Source of the DNA: an uncultured Gammaproteobacteria bacterium
GTDB lineage: Bacteria; Patescibacteriota; Microgenomatia; UBA10105; UBA927
Direction of reading: 5' to 3'
DNA length: 64,000 bases
Assembly: GCA_964349125.1 (NCBI GenBank)
Contig: CAYGFH010000001.1
Coordinates: 133,408 to 197,407 of the forward strand
The notes beneath the pieces are model-generated. The model did no database searches. It was not told the origin of the DNA and was given only the letters and a program-made list of their open reading frames with translations. Below, one piece after another: positions 19,637 to 30,391 of the stretch. The translations under genes and the position numbers were made by a program. How positions within the stretch are numbered: position 1 is the first letter of the stretch; each line of letters opens with the position of its first letter.

Positions 19637-21282
19637 ATTAGTGCGCACCCTAGTGCGATAGCGAGCGCCAGCGCGCTTATGAGTGAGATATATTGGGCGA
19701 CTTTTCTTATTTTAGTATCTTCAAACCGTATGAGTACAGTGTGTTGACCCTGCGGAACCATGAAGGTCATGAGTCCTCTATACTGCGGATCCTGAAACTG
19801 TATATCTGTCTTACTTCCGTCAACATATACGGTCCATCCGGGAAAGTATAATGTGTTTTCCAGAATCCGGGATTCTGTTGCAGCCGACACCGCATACTCA
19901 CGGGTCGTTGTGGTACGTACGCCCTGAGACACAGTCGCTTCCCCCTGAATAATTTCCACTGCGGCTGATGGAGTATGTTCCATAAACCGTACAGACCATA
20001 TGGGACTGCTCTCTCCTGTATCCGTGGTGCTTCTGTATACTTCTTTAAATATTGATTCACTTCGAACCTCATACGCGCGGGGGTGCCACATGCCGACAGT
20101 CGGGAGAATAATCAATACGAAAATCCCAATACTCAAAATACGAAACGTATGTTTAGATACCTGCTTCTCTGCGACATCTGTGACAATTGACCCGATTACA
20201 GCCACAAGAAATGTAGTGACGGATAAAAATCTCCAGGGGAATTGGAATTTCTGCAGAAGTGTTATGGCACTCCATACAGGTTTTGAAAGTTCTGTCATAA
20301 GGACAAGTGTTACCACAAGCAGGAATACGCTTCCGTACAACAGGATGCGTTCTTTTTTCATATGCAGCTTCCCAATACCGAATAGGGATACCATCACCGT
20401 AAGAATTCCCGCGAGTCCCAATGATTTTGATAACAGATCAGTGCCGCCAAAACTCCAAGGGGAGTACACAAAGTGGTTCCAGGGAACAAACCGGGTAAGC
20501 ACTTCACCCGCAGTCACGATATCACGAAGCGTATACTTCCCTTCAAAAAAAGCCGGTATCCAGAAAAATGCGGAAAGCCCAAATCCAAAGAGGATTGCTA
20601 TGTTTGACAGGAAAAAAAACAAAATCCGTTGGATAGCCTCGTACCGGAGTATGTATATTGCGTAGAGGGCAAAGATAGGTATGAACATAAGTGCTATCGC
20701 GTTATGCGCTAAAATTAATCCCGCCATACTGCCTGACAATCCCGCTGCAAAGAGTACATTATTCATATTGGATTTTTCCAGAGATAGCCGGTGCAGGAAG
20801 TAACACACAAGCGGCGGGAAAATAAACGCAACATGTTCCCCAATTGCACCCCGCACATACAGATCCACAAAGCGGTATGGTGCAAAAGAGTACAACAATG
20901 AACCCACTACCGCGCCTGCCGGATGGAATATACGCCGGAGCCACAGATACATGGCAAGCGTACTTGCGATAAACGATACTGCGAAAACCAGTTTAGTGCT
21001 GTCTACAAACGAAAATCCAAGGGCATGGAAGAACGAGCCCGCGTACGATGGGAAAGGATATAAGAACATCAGAATCGGATGCCCATATCCCCAATTCAGA
21101 TTTGCCGCCCATCTGGGAATGAGTATGCCTTCCTTGAGCGACGCATAAAAATTCGCGATTCTGGCGACATGATCGGGCCCGTCATGGGTGATCGGAAGGC
21201 CGGGAGTGAACAGTGACAGAAGCGGAACAAATGAAATAATACAAAGCCACACCCAAACCGGCATTTTCTGCAGTTGTCTCAT
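19618..21282 (-). CDS. PTPS-related (PF10131-like) membrane protein, putative GT-C. Paralog 2 of 5.
   Basis: ITHDGPDHVARIANF...IPRWAANLNWGYGHPILMFLYPFPSY and C-terminal TLYFPGWTVYVDG. Confidence 0.75.
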   Translation of the reverse strand: MRQLQKMPVWVWLCIISFVPLLSLFTPGLPITHDGPDHVARIANFYASLKEGILIPRWAANLNWGYGHPILMFLYPFPSYAGSFFHALGFSFVDSTKLVFAVSFIASTLAMYLWLRRIFHPAGAVVGSLLYSFAPYRFVDLYVRGAIGEHVAFIFPPLVCYFLHRLSLEKSNMNNVLFAAGLSGSMAGLILAHNAIALMFIPIFALYAIYILRYEAIQRILFFFLSNIAILFGFGLSAFFWIPAFFEGKYTLRDIVTAGEVLTRFVPWNHFVYSPWSFGGTDLLSKSLGLAGILTVMVSLFGIGKLHMKKERILLYGSVFLLVVTLVLMTELSKPVWSAITLLQKFQFPWRFLSVTTFLVAVIGSIVTDVAEKQVSKHTFRILSIGIFVLIILPTVGMWHPRAYEVRSESIFKEVYRSTTDTGESSPIWSVRFMEHTPSAAVEIIQGEATVSQGVRTTTTREYAVSAATESRILENTLYFPGWTVYVDGSKTDIQFQDPQYRGLMTFMVPQGQHTVLIRFEDTKIRKVAQYISLISALALAIALGCALIWKRKK

Positions 21283-22868
21283 GGATATACCCTCTTTTCC
21301 AGTATCACTCCGTTATACAGAGTTTTTTTCCATGCGGTTTCACCGCCCTGCACCACCGTCTCAAGCCATCCTTTTTGCCGCCAGGGCTGGCCGTTATCCG
21401 GTTCTATCAGCAAGTACGCCACGCCGTGTTTTTGTGTGCCGGGAACATATCCGTACGTTTTCTTGCCATAGGTTAGAAACAAATAGTCATATGCATATGT
21501 ATAAATAGGAGGAACAAATATAAATACCGAAAACGGTTTGCCGTCCGCATCTTTGTACATACTGTCTATAATTGCTTTTTTTGCCTGTACTTTATCTATA
21601 ACATTGGTGTCCTGTATATCTATGGTATAGGAAACGTACTGCCTGAAAACCGAGCCCACCGCTACTGTAGAGAGAAATACCAGACATATACCAAATGCGG
21701 CTTTCAGATATATCGTTCTTTTCATTTGTCGGTACAGGGATACAATGGCTATCGTAAAAAACAGTATATATCCGAGTCTGGTATGCGTCAGATAATAATC
21801 CCATACCGTATTATTCAAAAACAAAAATCCGACCCAGGTGGTCACTGTCATAAGGAGTATAAAGTATAAAAACCTGCGGGTTGGTACATCTTTCACCAAA
21901 AGTGCGCCCAGCGCGATAACAGGCATGACAAGCTTGAGCACCAACAGTTGTGTCGCCCACGATATCCAGCCAAACTCATAGGTAAATGTGTTATAAAAAT
22001 TATTCCAGTAATCAAACTTGTGATTGGAAAGTCGAATCGGATCAAACATGGGAGTATTCACACCGGAGGAACTTCCGACTGTTACATACGATATGGCACT
22101 TCGTACCGCCATGAAATTATGTCGCATCTCAAACATGGCCATTGGGAAATATGCGGCAGCCACTGCAAAGAACCCGTACACATACACCCTCCAATCAGTG
22201 ATTCTATATACCAGCGGGATCGCCAACATCACGGATACTGTGAGAGGCACCGCCACTCCCAGTTGGGAGTGATAGGTGAAGCCGGACAGAAACAAGGCAA
22301 TCGGTGCAAACACTCTGGGATTAGATGGAATTTTATAGACGAAATACAGTGCGAGGAATACAAATATTGTTATCGGGTGGCTGCTCCAAATAAACCGGGA
22401 TTGCGACACAATAAGGGGTGATACCACAACAAAAAACGTGGCTACCAACGATCCGGTTTTCCCCCCTATATCATATCCAAACTTCACGGCAAGCAGCACA
22501 GCAAGCATCCCGAATACCACCATAAATACTTCCGCGCCCATCGGATTCCCGCCAAAAAGTACATACGCGATGGATATGAGATAGAAGTATCCGGGTCCAT
22601 GGAAAATTCCGTTAATGCCCGCTACTCCTGATCCTGCTTCCGCACCTATTAACGTGAGCTTTCTGTTTTCCACGATGTTGTACGCAGCCAGATAATCGCG
22701 TCCGTGATCTAGTCCGAACAGAAAATTACCGTTTATAAGTTCTACACTGCGAAGTGCCAATCCCCATACAATGAGACATGACAGTAGTACCAAGTAGATC
22801 ATTGTCATACGGGAATTGGCGGGCTTGTTTGTGACCGCCTCAGTTTTATGTTGTTTAATTTTTTTCAT
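21279..22868 (-). CDS. ArnT/PMT_2-like polytopic membrane glycosyltransferase candidate (DxGRD subfamily).
   Basis: 529 aa. Loop motif GLDHGRDYLAAYNIVENRKLTLIGAEAG...GPGYFYLISIAYVLFG is shared with 36632..37966 and 55703..57247. Confidence 0.7.
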   Translation of the reverse strand: MKKIKQHKTEAVTNKPANSRMTMIYLVLLSCLIVWGLALRSVELINGNFLFGLDHGRDYLAAYNIVENRKLTLIGAEAGSGVAGINGIFHGPGYFYLISIAYVLFGGNPMGAEVFMVVFGMLAVLLAVKFGYDIGGKTGSLVATFFVVVSPLIVSQSRFIWSSHPITIFVFLALYFVYKIPSNPRVFAPIALFLSGFTYHSQLGVAVPLTVSVMLAIPLVYRITDWRVYVYGFFAVAAAYFPMAMFEMRHNFMAVRSAISYVTVGSSSGVNTPMFDPIRLSNHKFDYWNNFYNTFTYEFGWISWATQLLVLKLVMPVIALGALLVKDVPTRRFLYFILLMTVTTWVGFLFLNNTVWDYYLTHTRLGYILFFTIAIVSLYRQMKRTIYLKAAFGICLVFLSTVAVGSVFRQYVSYTIDIQDTNVIDKVQAKKAIIDSMYKDADGKPFSVFIFVPPIYTYAYDYLFLTYGKKTYGYVPGTQKHGVAYLLIEPDNGQPWRQKGWLETVVQGGETAWKKTLYNGVILEKRVYP

Positions 22869-22877
22869 AATACGTCC

Positions 22878-24542
22878 CTACCGGTCAGCCAATTCAAACG
22901 ACGGTTTTCCGTTCAAAAATGTATAGCGCGCTACATTCCCTTTAGGGATATCGCTTGGGCTTCCGACATAGAGTATGGTTCCGTTTCGTATTTCGTTTTC
23001 CCAATCGATGGGTCTGAATTCGTACGAATCAAACGCTACACGGATATCACCGCCGTACTGGCCGCCGGACCCACCTCGGGCGAGATAATCATTCGGATTA
23101 TACGCTGTGTAAAAGAGGAAAAAAATATACGACTGGTCAAGTGCTGTGGACACCACGACTTTTTTGTACGCACTCTTATGCTTCTGTGTGTACTCTACCA
23201 CCTGCTTATATCCATACTGCCAATCCTCCGATACCTCTGCATCCATATGCACGTAGTACATCGTGTGGTAATACAAAAATCCGTAACAGATTGAAACAAA
23301 AAGCACTGCAAAACTCGCCCGCTGCACGAGAAGAGAGTATGACTTCATACTCCGTATAAAGTGGAGTAACCCGATGGCGGTAACTATCTGAAACGTTGGC
23401 AAAAACGTGAGCGTTCTGACTCCATGAGGAAGCCCAGTGGTCACAGATGCCGCAACCGGCGCAACCAGTATCCAGCCGATTATGAGGATGGCGGATTTTT
23501 TATCGAAATACCGAAACAGCACATATAATCCCAGCAGGAGAAACGGCAGCTCCCAGAGGTACAACAGTCCTGTACTTGGTGCATGATGCCTCGGATTATC
23601 CCCGGATAAAAACAGCCACTGCAAAGAAAAATGTGACAGGTACCCGGAGATAAATGTTTTCGCCCAAACCAGTCGCCGATTATCAAAAAATGCCCCAAGC
23701 TTATTTCCGTTTGCCTGATCATCCTGAAGCTTCTGTATCGAGCGGTTCAGCATTTTACCCTGATCTGAGAAGGAGCTCGTTCCCTTGAGTCTGGCCACGG
23801 TGGACGAGTCTGTGAAAGTCAACACGAGTGGAATTAACAGCAAAGTCCCAAGTAGTGCGGAGGCTATGGTATAGTTGCGCATATTTTTTGCAAACAGTTC
23901 ACTTCTGAACAGTGCGATGAGCAGTACGGCAATCAATGGCAAAAATACACGTTCACTATGATACGCATACATACCAATCGCGAAACACGCCGCTGACAAA
24001 GGCAGCACCCAATTCTTCCGTAATCCCAGTAGAAATAATGTAACAGCCCAGATATGAATGGTTACTCCAATATTTGCTTCAAACGCTATGCGAGAAAACT
24101 GCAAATGCCATGGAGAGATAGCCAGAATGGCCATAGCAAACAGCGGGACATACCGAACAAAAAAATCATCGCTCTTCCAGTCACGATTCCTGGTTGCGCC
24201 GGAAGTGACAAGCAGCCTCGCGAGGAAATAGACGCCAATAACTGCCAGTATGCCCATAATTGCCGAAGGCAAACGCACGGCAAACACAGATAATCCGAAA
24301 GCAGCCACGGAGGGAACAGTCAAGTAGGCATATACCGGAGGTTTATAGTCACCAAACGACCGTATAGAGGTGGGAAGCCATGTGCCGTATTCATCACGTC
24401 CTGTATGAAGTAAGGTATAGGCATTATACCCAAGCGCCGCTTCATCCCAGTCAGGACTCGCAGGCACAGCTCCTAATTTATAGAGCCTGAGCACAGAAGC
24501 AAGAATGACGATCAGACAAAAAAATACAGATAGTTTTTTCAT
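22878..24542 (-). CDS. GT39/GT83-like (PMT/ArnT family) GT-C glycosyltransferase. Paralog A.
   Basis: PDWDEAALGYNAYTLLHTGRDEYGTWLP...VRLPSAIMG, and C-terminal EWQYGYKQ...FLFYTAYNPNDY. Confidence 0.8.
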   Translation of the reverse strand: MKKLSVFFCLIVILASVLRLYKLGAVPASPDWDEAALGYNAYTLLHTGRDEYGTWLPTSIRSFGDYKPPVYAYLTVPSVAAFGLSVFAVRLPSAIMGILAVIGVYFLARLLVTSGATRNRDWKSDDFFVRYVPLFAMAILAISPWHLQFSRIAFEANIGVTIHIWAVTLFLLGLRKNWVLPLSAACFAIGMYAYHSERVFLPLIAVLLIALFRSELFAKNMRNYTIASALLGTLLLIPLVLTFTDSSTVARLKGTSSFSDQGKMLNRSIQKLQDDQANGNKLGAFFDNRRLVWAKTFISGYLSHFSLQWLFLSGDNPRHHAPSTGLLYLWELPFLLLGLYVLFRYFDKKSAILIIGWILVAPVAASVTTGLPHGVRTLTFLPTFQIVTAIGLLHFIRSMKSYSLLVQRASFAVLFVSICYGFLYYHTMYYVHMDAEVSEDWQYGYKQVVEYTQKHKSAYKKVVVSTALDQSYIFFLFYTAYNPNDYLARGGSGGQYGGDIRVAFDSYEFRPIDWENEIRNGTILYVGSPSDIPKGNVARYTFLNGKPSFELADR

Positions 24543-26203
24543 TTTTCCACCTCTCCTGTGTCAAAAAGTACCAGTCGAGGCTCCCCATTTAACAGTTTGA
24601 CTGTGTGAAGCACTCTTGCGCCATCAGGCGCTTCCGTGGCATCCCAAATGTACAGCGTGTTTTTGCCAAGTGAAAGCGGCAATGTGTCTGCAAACGAATA
24701 CTTCCCAAATCCATCTACATGGTAAAACCCAGCATCGTCAAAGTAAGATCTTTTTGAACTGACAAATTTTCCCGGATCAGACTGTGTGTAAAATGCGGTA
24801 TACATGTACGGTCTGCCGATCGAATCCGTCACCACAACACTGTCATAATTCTTTTCAATAGATCGACTCAGTAAAATGGCCTCTCTGTATCCGTACTGCC
24901 ACTCCCCTGAAAATTCTTTCGGGAAATGCGCATAGTACTGGTGCAGATAATACCCGACCTGAAGTACATACACGGCCAGAAATATTCCGATACCTATCCG
25001 GAAGAAGAAACGTGGCCGTACCGATCGTTTCCACCAATCATATACAACCAGGCAACCAAACGCGACAGCGATATACCACACAGGCAGCGAATTGAGTATT
25101 CGAAGTGCATGTGGAGTTTCCCGTGCAGTTGCGGCGGGAACTATCGCAGCCAAAAGCCAAAACAACAGGATACCCGCCTGGATCGGGAAGAAAGCAAACA
25201 GTGCAAAAAATCCGATTACCAGAAGGGGAGCTTCTATTATATAGAGCTGTCCCGTATCCTGAATAGAAAATTTCGGATTGCCATCCCCCCGTATAAATAA
25301 AAATTCCGGCTGGAGGTTATCCGTGAAATGCATGAGATAGCTGCGGATAAACCCTATTCTTCTGTTGTTTACGATGGGCGCGAAGATGGAATTCCCCGCA
25401 CGCTTTGTTCTCTCGTTTGCCTGTTCTATCACAGCGGTGTCAGAAAAAATATTCACTTCCTTAAACCGCAGTCGCGCCTCTTTGGACACCAGATGCGGCA
25501 GAATGGGCACCAACGCAAGTATGGCGACGATGACTCCCAAAATAAACCTCCCTCTATTCTTCCGTACATGCTCAAGAGAGAACCACATAAGTGGCACAGA
25601 CAATAACGGCACAAAATACCTGGCGCTGTTAAATGTGTAAATAGCTGCAACAAACGGCAACCACATGTACACATATCTCGACGCAACCTGTCGTGCGGAA
25701 AGGATACACCACACCCCAAGAAGCACAAAAAATAATGCGATATTGGCTTCGAATCCTCCCCGGGAGATATTCACATGCCACGGTGAGACAGCCATGACGA
25801 GGGTGGTTATGAGAGCCAGGGTGGACACTCTGTCTTCGTCAAATGGGGTAGTGCGGGTGGTGCGGATTCGAAATAACTCTATAACTATCAGGTAGGTAAT
25901 AAGGAGTGATACTGTTCCAAACACAGCTGCCGGAAGTCTCACCCCAAGATCAGTAAGTCCGAAGAGATACACAAACGGGACGGCACTATAAATGGCCAGC
26001 GGTGGTTTGTAATCACCATACGAGATGAACGAATCAAAGGGTAAAAATCGGCCGTGCTCATCCCTGCCGGTTTTCAGGATGCTGTACGCGTTATACCCGA
26101 TGGATACTTCATCCCAAGATAAGGAAGGCGGATTGAACGATACGGTATAGGTCCTGAAAAAAAATCCGAGTATCAGTACCGCTAAAAGAAGAAATTTCTT
26201 CAT
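24539..26203 (-). CDS. GT39/GT83-like GT-C glycosyltransferase. Paralog B, tandem to A.
   Basis: SWDEVSIGYNAYSILKTGRDEHGRFLP...VRLPAAVFG, and C-terminal EWQYGYRE...AFYTQSDPGKF. Confidence 0.8.
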   Translation of the reverse strand: MKKFLLLAVLILGFFFRTYTVSFNPPSLSWDEVSIGYNAYSILKTGRDEHGRFLPFDSFISYGDYKPPLAIYSAVPFVYLFGLTDLGVRLPAAVFGTVSLLITYLIVIELFRIRTTRTTPFDEDRVSTLALITTLVMAVSPWHVNISRGGFEANIALFFVLLGVWCILSARQVASRYVYMWLPFVAAIYTFNSARYFVPLLSVPLMWFSLEHVRKNRGRFILGVIVAILALVPILPHLVSKEARLRFKEVNIFSDTAVIEQANERTKRAGNSIFAPIVNNRRIGFIRSYLMHFTDNLQPEFLFIRGDGNPKFSIQDTGQLYIIEAPLLVIGFFALFAFFPIQAGILLFWLLAAIVPAATARETPHALRILNSLPVWYIAVAFGCLVVYDWWKRSVRPRFFFRIGIGIFLAVYVLQVGYYLHQYYAHFPKEFSGEWQYGYREAILLSRSIEKNYDSVVVTDSIGRPYMYTAFYTQSDPGKFVSSKRSYFDDAGFYHVDGFGKYSFADTLPLSLGKNTLYIWDATEAPDGARVLHTVKLLNGEPRLVLFDTGEVEK

Positions 26204-26349
26204 ATTCTTACATCACGCTTCTCGCTTGGAATTAGTCCTCCTACGCCGCTTTGAATAGAATAGTACCGCGGCATAAAGAGCCATACGCTCAACGCACAGC
26301 ATTGCCGTTTACGCACGAGCTCTTAAATAGTATCATATTACTATTACTC
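26204..26349. promoter_or_regulatory. Divergent intergenic region between the minus-strand gene block and the plus-strand island. It presumably carries promoters in both directions.
   Basis: A 146-bp non-coding gap if the YfhO-like gene starts at ATG 26350. AT-rich -10-like hexamers are present (TAGTAT, TTAAAT) but there is no clean consensus. Confidence 0.3.
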
Positions 26350-28779
26350 ATGAGTACTAATTCTTCGAAATTACGCGCTATTCTCCCCCTCATTGTTCTT
26401 ATCGTCATAATTCTTGGGTTTTTTTATAAAACGCTCTTGTTTTCAAAGTATCCGTTTCCGGGAGACCTCCTTCTCACACAATATGGGCCATGGCGTCACC
26501 AATCATATGACGGATATGTCGCAGGAGCCATTCCGACAAAAAACCAGTACTTTGATGTGATCCGGGAATTGTATCCGTGGAAAACGGTCGTTGTGGAACA
26601 GCTGAAAAAAGGGGAAATTCCATTTTGGAATCCATATAATTTTTCCGGTAGTCCCCTTTTGGCAAATTTTCAGTCCCAGGTTTTTTATCCGCTCACCGTC
26701 TTCTATTTCATCTTTTCCCAGCTTACAGCGTGGACAATCATGGTCATCCTGCAACCTGTACTGGGAGCAGTATTCATGTATCTGTTTGCCCGCCAACTTG
26801 GGCTTACCACAATAGCATCAATGCTCTCGGCCATATTATTTAACTTTTCGGGATTTGCTTCCGCCTGGATGGAGTTTACGACGGTGTGGCACACTATCCT
26901 TTGGCTTCCGTTGTTGTTATACATTGTCGAGAAAGGGATTGAGCAAAAATCGCTTTCGTTTTTGCAAAAAGGCGTATTTGTGTTCGGACTTACAAGCGCG
27001 ATTACGGGAGGACACCCTCAGGATTTTATAAACACTTTCCTGTTTTTCTGTGTCTATACGGGAGCCCGTATCGTGAAACACACAGAGTGGGAGATCACAG
27101 AAAAACTGTCATTTGCAAAAAATTCCCTACTGCCGGTACTCGTGATTCCGTTTCTTTTGACTCTCCCTCAACTGTTGCCTACCATCGAACTGTTTACATC
27201 TTCGGCACGCGTTTTTCACGACTACACAAACATAGTGACGAATATGCTTGTGCAGTGGTGGCAACTGCCACTTATTGCCATCGCCGATTTTTTTGGAAAT
27301 CCAGCTACAGGGTCTAATTTTACGGGCGACTTTGTCGGTAAGACGCTGTCCATCGGTGTTGCGGGATTCGTCCTCACAATCGCATCTCTCATGAGCGGAA
27401 AGAAATCATGGCACCATAGATTTTTTATCGGCACTGTCATTGCCATTCTCATTATTACTGTCAGAACACCTGTGAGCGAATTGTTGTACCGTTTCCCGTT
27501 ACCTGTTCTATCCACGGGAACACCGACGCGCATACTCTTTCTGCTGGCATTCGCGCTCTCTCTCATCGCAGGGTATGGATATGACTATCTCAAACGCCAG
27601 AAACATGTACGTGAACTCGCTCCAATCGCCGGTGTATGGGGCATATTCATCGTGCTGTTGATCATAGTTTTTGTGCATCCGTTTATATCACCTTCACCTG
27701 TCGCCATACATGTTATGAAACGCTCCCTTATGTTTGCTTCGGCTATACTGTTTGGGTTTACCGTTATCTCGGTACTGTCTCAACGAATACGGTGGATGTA
27801 TGTGTTGGTACTCCCCCTTTGCATCGCAGAGCTTTCGTATGGATTTTTAAAATTCAACCCGTTTGTCCCCCGCTCGTTTGTGTACCCCGAGAATACCCTG
27901 ATCCAATTTGTCAGGAAAAATGCAGGGCTTGACCGTGTGTGGGGATACGGCACTGCGGAAATGGAAGCAAATTTTGCCACACAGGAGAAAATCTTTTCGG
28001 CAGACGGAACCGACCCTCTCAATTTGAGTTGGTACAATCAGTTTCTGCAGTCATCCAAGGACGGCACACTGCCTGCCGTGTTTACCCGCACGACCAGGTC
28101 GGATGCAAAAATCGCTCCGGGGTACGGGCAGCGTGACCTACCCAGCAATACATTCCGCCTAAAGGTAATGGATACTCTCGCCGTCCGGTATGTGATTGAC
28201 CGCGTTGATAACCCCAAGGATGATACGACCTTTGATACAAAACGGTTTAGGCCTGTCTGGCAAGAAGATGCCTGGACGGTATTTGAAAATACGGCAGCAT
28301 CCCCGCGGGCAATCCTCACCGGTGATGTGCAGTTTTATACTACACCCGCCGATTTCCAGACCAGGTTTTTCGCAGACGGTTTTATGAGTGGACAGTCAGT
28401 GCTCGTGGAGGAGAAATACAAGGCTGATTTTTCCGCAATCACCCCCGGCACGGCTTCAGCTCTTATCCGCACGTATTCTCCTAACACGGTTACAATAGAT
28501 ACGAAATCAGATGCTCCAAAGGTACTGTTTCTGAGCGATACCTACGATCCCAATTGGACAGCATCAATCGATGGAACAAAAACCACCGTGTATAAAATGA
28601 CGTACGCGTTTCGCGGAGTCATAGTGCCGGCAGGGGAACATACGGTCACGTTCTCATACAATTCAAAGAAGTTTTTGTGGGGTGTCTATATAAGTGCTGT
28701 TACCGCATGTCTCTGTGTGCTTGTTTGTATAAAATATGTAGTATCAAAAAAATTCCCCCGACATGGCAAAACCCGGTAA
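26350..28779 (+). CDS. YfhO-family polytopic membrane glycosyltransferase (GT-C). Homolog 1.
   Basis: YPFPGDLLLTQYGPWRH...YPWKTVVVEQLKKGEIPFWNPYNFSGSPLLANFQSQVFYPL is the YfhO hallmark. The ORF track starts at TTG 26251, but I prefer ATG 26350 (MSTNSSKLRAIL...). Confidence 0.75.
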   Translation: MSTNSSKLRAILPLIVLIVIILGFFYKTLLFSKYPFPGDLLLTQYGPWRHQSYDGYVAGAIPTKNQYFDVIRELYPWKTVVVEQLKKGEIPFWNPYNFSGSPLLANFQSQVFYPLTVFYFIFSQLTAWTIMVILQPVLGAVFMYLFARQLGLTTIASMLSAILFNFSGFASAWMEFTTVWHTILWLPLLLYIVEKGIEQKSLSFLQKGVFVFGLTSAITGGHPQDFINTFLFFCVYTGARIVKHTEWEITEKLSFAKNSLLPVLVIPFLLTLPQLLPTIELFTSSARVFHDYTNIVTNMLVQWWQLPLIAIADFFGNPATGSNFTGDFVGKTLSIGVAGFVLTIASLMSGKKSWHHRFFIGTVIAILIITVRTPVSELLYRFPLPVLSTGTPTRILFLLAFALSLIAGYGYDYLKRQKHVRELAPIAGVWGIFIVLLIIVFVHPFISPSPVAIHVMKRSLMFASAILFGFTVISVLSQRIRWMYVLVLPLCIAELSYGFLKFNPFVPRSFVYPENTLIQFVRKNAGLDRVWGYGTAEMEANFATQEKIFSADGTDPLNLSWYNQFLQSSKDGTLPAVFTRTTRSDAKIAPGYGQRDLPSNTFRLKVMDTLAVRYVIDRVDNPKDDTTFDTKRFRPVWQEDAWTVFENTAASPRAILTGDVQFYTTPADFQTRFFADGFMSGQSVLVEEKYKADFSAITPGTASALIRTYSPNTVTIDTKSDAPKVLFLSDTYDPNWTASIDGTKTTVYKMTYAFRGVIVPAGEHTVTFSYNSKKFLWGVYISAVTACLCVLVCIKYVVSKKFPRHGKTR

Positions 28780-30391
28780 GACTTTCTATCTCATCCTTAT
28801 TGCTGTTCCCGTTATTGCTGTCGCCGCAGTGGTATTTCAAAACGGTCTGTTTATATCCCATGACGGTGTGAACCATGTGGCCAGATTCTGGGCATATATT
28901 CGCGCGTTTACCGAATTCCATATCCCGCCCCGGTGGGCAGGATACCTAAACTATTCATACGGATCACCTGTCTTTAACTTTTTTTACCCCCTCCCCGGAT
29001 ATCTCGCTTCCCTCCTCTCCCTCGTAGTGCAAAGTCCGGTACTGATTTTTAAACTCATTTCGTTCACGGCATTTCTTGCGGCACCTGTTACGTTTTTTTT
29101 ATGGACATCCTCGTACATTTCAAAACGATACGCCGTGGCGGTAAGCGCCCTCTATGGATTTTCTCTGTACCATATTGCAAACCTGCTTGTTCGCGGTGAC
29201 GTAGCGGAACTTTTGGGTATTACCTTCATACCGTTGGTATTTCTCGCGATTGATAGAAAATCCTCGGTAATGACCATGGTAACCGGCGGAGTCTGGTATG
29301 CGCTATCGATACTGTCGCACAATGGGATAAGCCTTCTGTTCACTCCCGTTATTGTGGTATACATGGCGATACGGTGCTTTGAGCTTGGCTCCGTCAGATC
29401 GATTGCCCACTATAGTGGCATGCTGTTCACAGGGCTTACACTGTCCGCATTCTTCTGGGTCCCCGCACTTATTGAGAAAAAGTATACAAACATCACGCTG
29501 TTTACCGGAGATTTTTACCGGGAAAATTTTCTGTCGGGACTCCGGGTTATATCTGCACCCTGGGGATTTGGTTCGGAAGTTAACATACCCGGAGGCATCG
29601 CCCCTCAACTCGGAGTTATCCCTGTCATACTGTGTGTCGCACTTTTGATTGTTACCATTGTGAGGAAAAACACCACAACGAAGCATATTTTTTGGTTACT
29701 GGTAGTTTTCTCGAGCTCACTGATGACATACAAAGCATCAGACATTTTCTGGAACGCAGTACCATTTCTAAAAGTTATACAGTTCCCGTGGCGTTTCGTG
29801 GCAGTGGCAAATTTTGCGCTGTTTGCGGCAATAGCTGCGTTACTCACAGGAGTACGGCCGAAGTCCCACGGCATACCGCTACTGTTACTTGCGGCAGGCG
29901 TCCTGTCAGTATTGCCGTATATCCGTGTTGCCGGGTATGAGAACAAGCCCGAGAATTATTATACGGAGTTTCCGGGTACAACGTATTATCATGGCGAGGC
30001 CACAACCGTATGGTCGACGGGAGATTTCGCAGACTTTCCCAAATCGCCGGTTGAAGTGGTATCCGGTTCCGCGACGGTATCGGCATATAGAAAATCAAAT
30101 GCACAACATTCCTATATAGTGTCCGCAGAAACTGCCGCGGACATTGTGGATAATACATTGTATTATCCGGGATGGCAGGTTCATGTGGACGGCAAAAAAA
30201 TCCTGGTAGAGTTTCAAAACCAGAAGCATCGAGGGCTCATTACCTATACTGTTACTCCGGGAGAGTACGCTGTGAGTGTGAAGTTCAGAGAAACTCCGAT
30301 ACGTCTGGCGTCTGACATAATAAGCGGTATAATGCTTACAGTAGTGATCGCGTTTATATTAAAGAATTCATTCCGGTATGCGCATTCATAA
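28763..30391 (+). CDS. PTPS-related (PF10131-like) membrane protein, putative GT-C. Paralog 3 of 5.
   Basis: ISHDGVNHVARFWAY...PPRWAGYLNYSYGSPVFNFFYPLPGY and C-terminal TLYYPGWQVHVDG. Confidence 0.75.
   Translation: MAKPGKTFYLILIAVPVIAVAAVVFQNGLFISHDGVNHVARFWAYIRAFTEFHIPPRWAGYLNYSYGSPVFNFFYPLPGYLASLLSLVVQSPVLIFKLISFTAFLAAPVTFFLWTSSYISKRYAVAVSALYGFSLYHIANLLVRGDVAELLGITFIPLVFLAIDRKSSVMTMVTGGVWYALSILSHNGISLLFTPVIVVYMAIRCFELGSVRSIAHYSGMLFTGLTLSAFFWVPALIEKKYTNITLFTGDFYRENFLSGLRVISAPWGFGSEVNIPGGIAPQLGVIPVILCVALLIVTIVRKNTTTKHIFWLLVVFSSSLMTYKASDIFWNAVPFLKVIQFPWRFVAVANFALFAAIAALLTGVRPKSHGIPLLLLAAGVLSVLPYIRVAGYENKPENYYTEFPGTTYYHGEATTVWSTGDFADFPKSPVEVVSGSATVSAYRKSNAQHSYIVSAETAADIVDNTLYYPGWQVHVDGKKILVEFQNQKHRGLITYTVTPGEYAVSVKFRETPIRLASDIISGIMLTVVIAFILKNSFRYAHS

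Noticed and set aside
20000-20665. 221-aa plus-strand ORF, and similar 150-190-aa ORFs at 10620..11117, 35739..36236, 42577..43143, 44700..45188, 46323..46796, 21948..22421 and 22848..23294.
   Set aside because: All lie antisense or out of frame within long ORFs that carry strong, recognisable glycosyltransferase or membrane-protein signatures. Their translations are low-complexity or Ser/Arg/Cys-rich and look like shadow ORFs.
26251-26349. TTG start at 26251 for the YfhO-like gene, as given in the ORF track.
   Set aside because: The first 33 codons are hydrophilic, with no signal or TM character. The hydrophobic N-terminal helix begins right after the ATG at 26350. Using the TTG start would also leave only a 47-bp divergent promoter gap.
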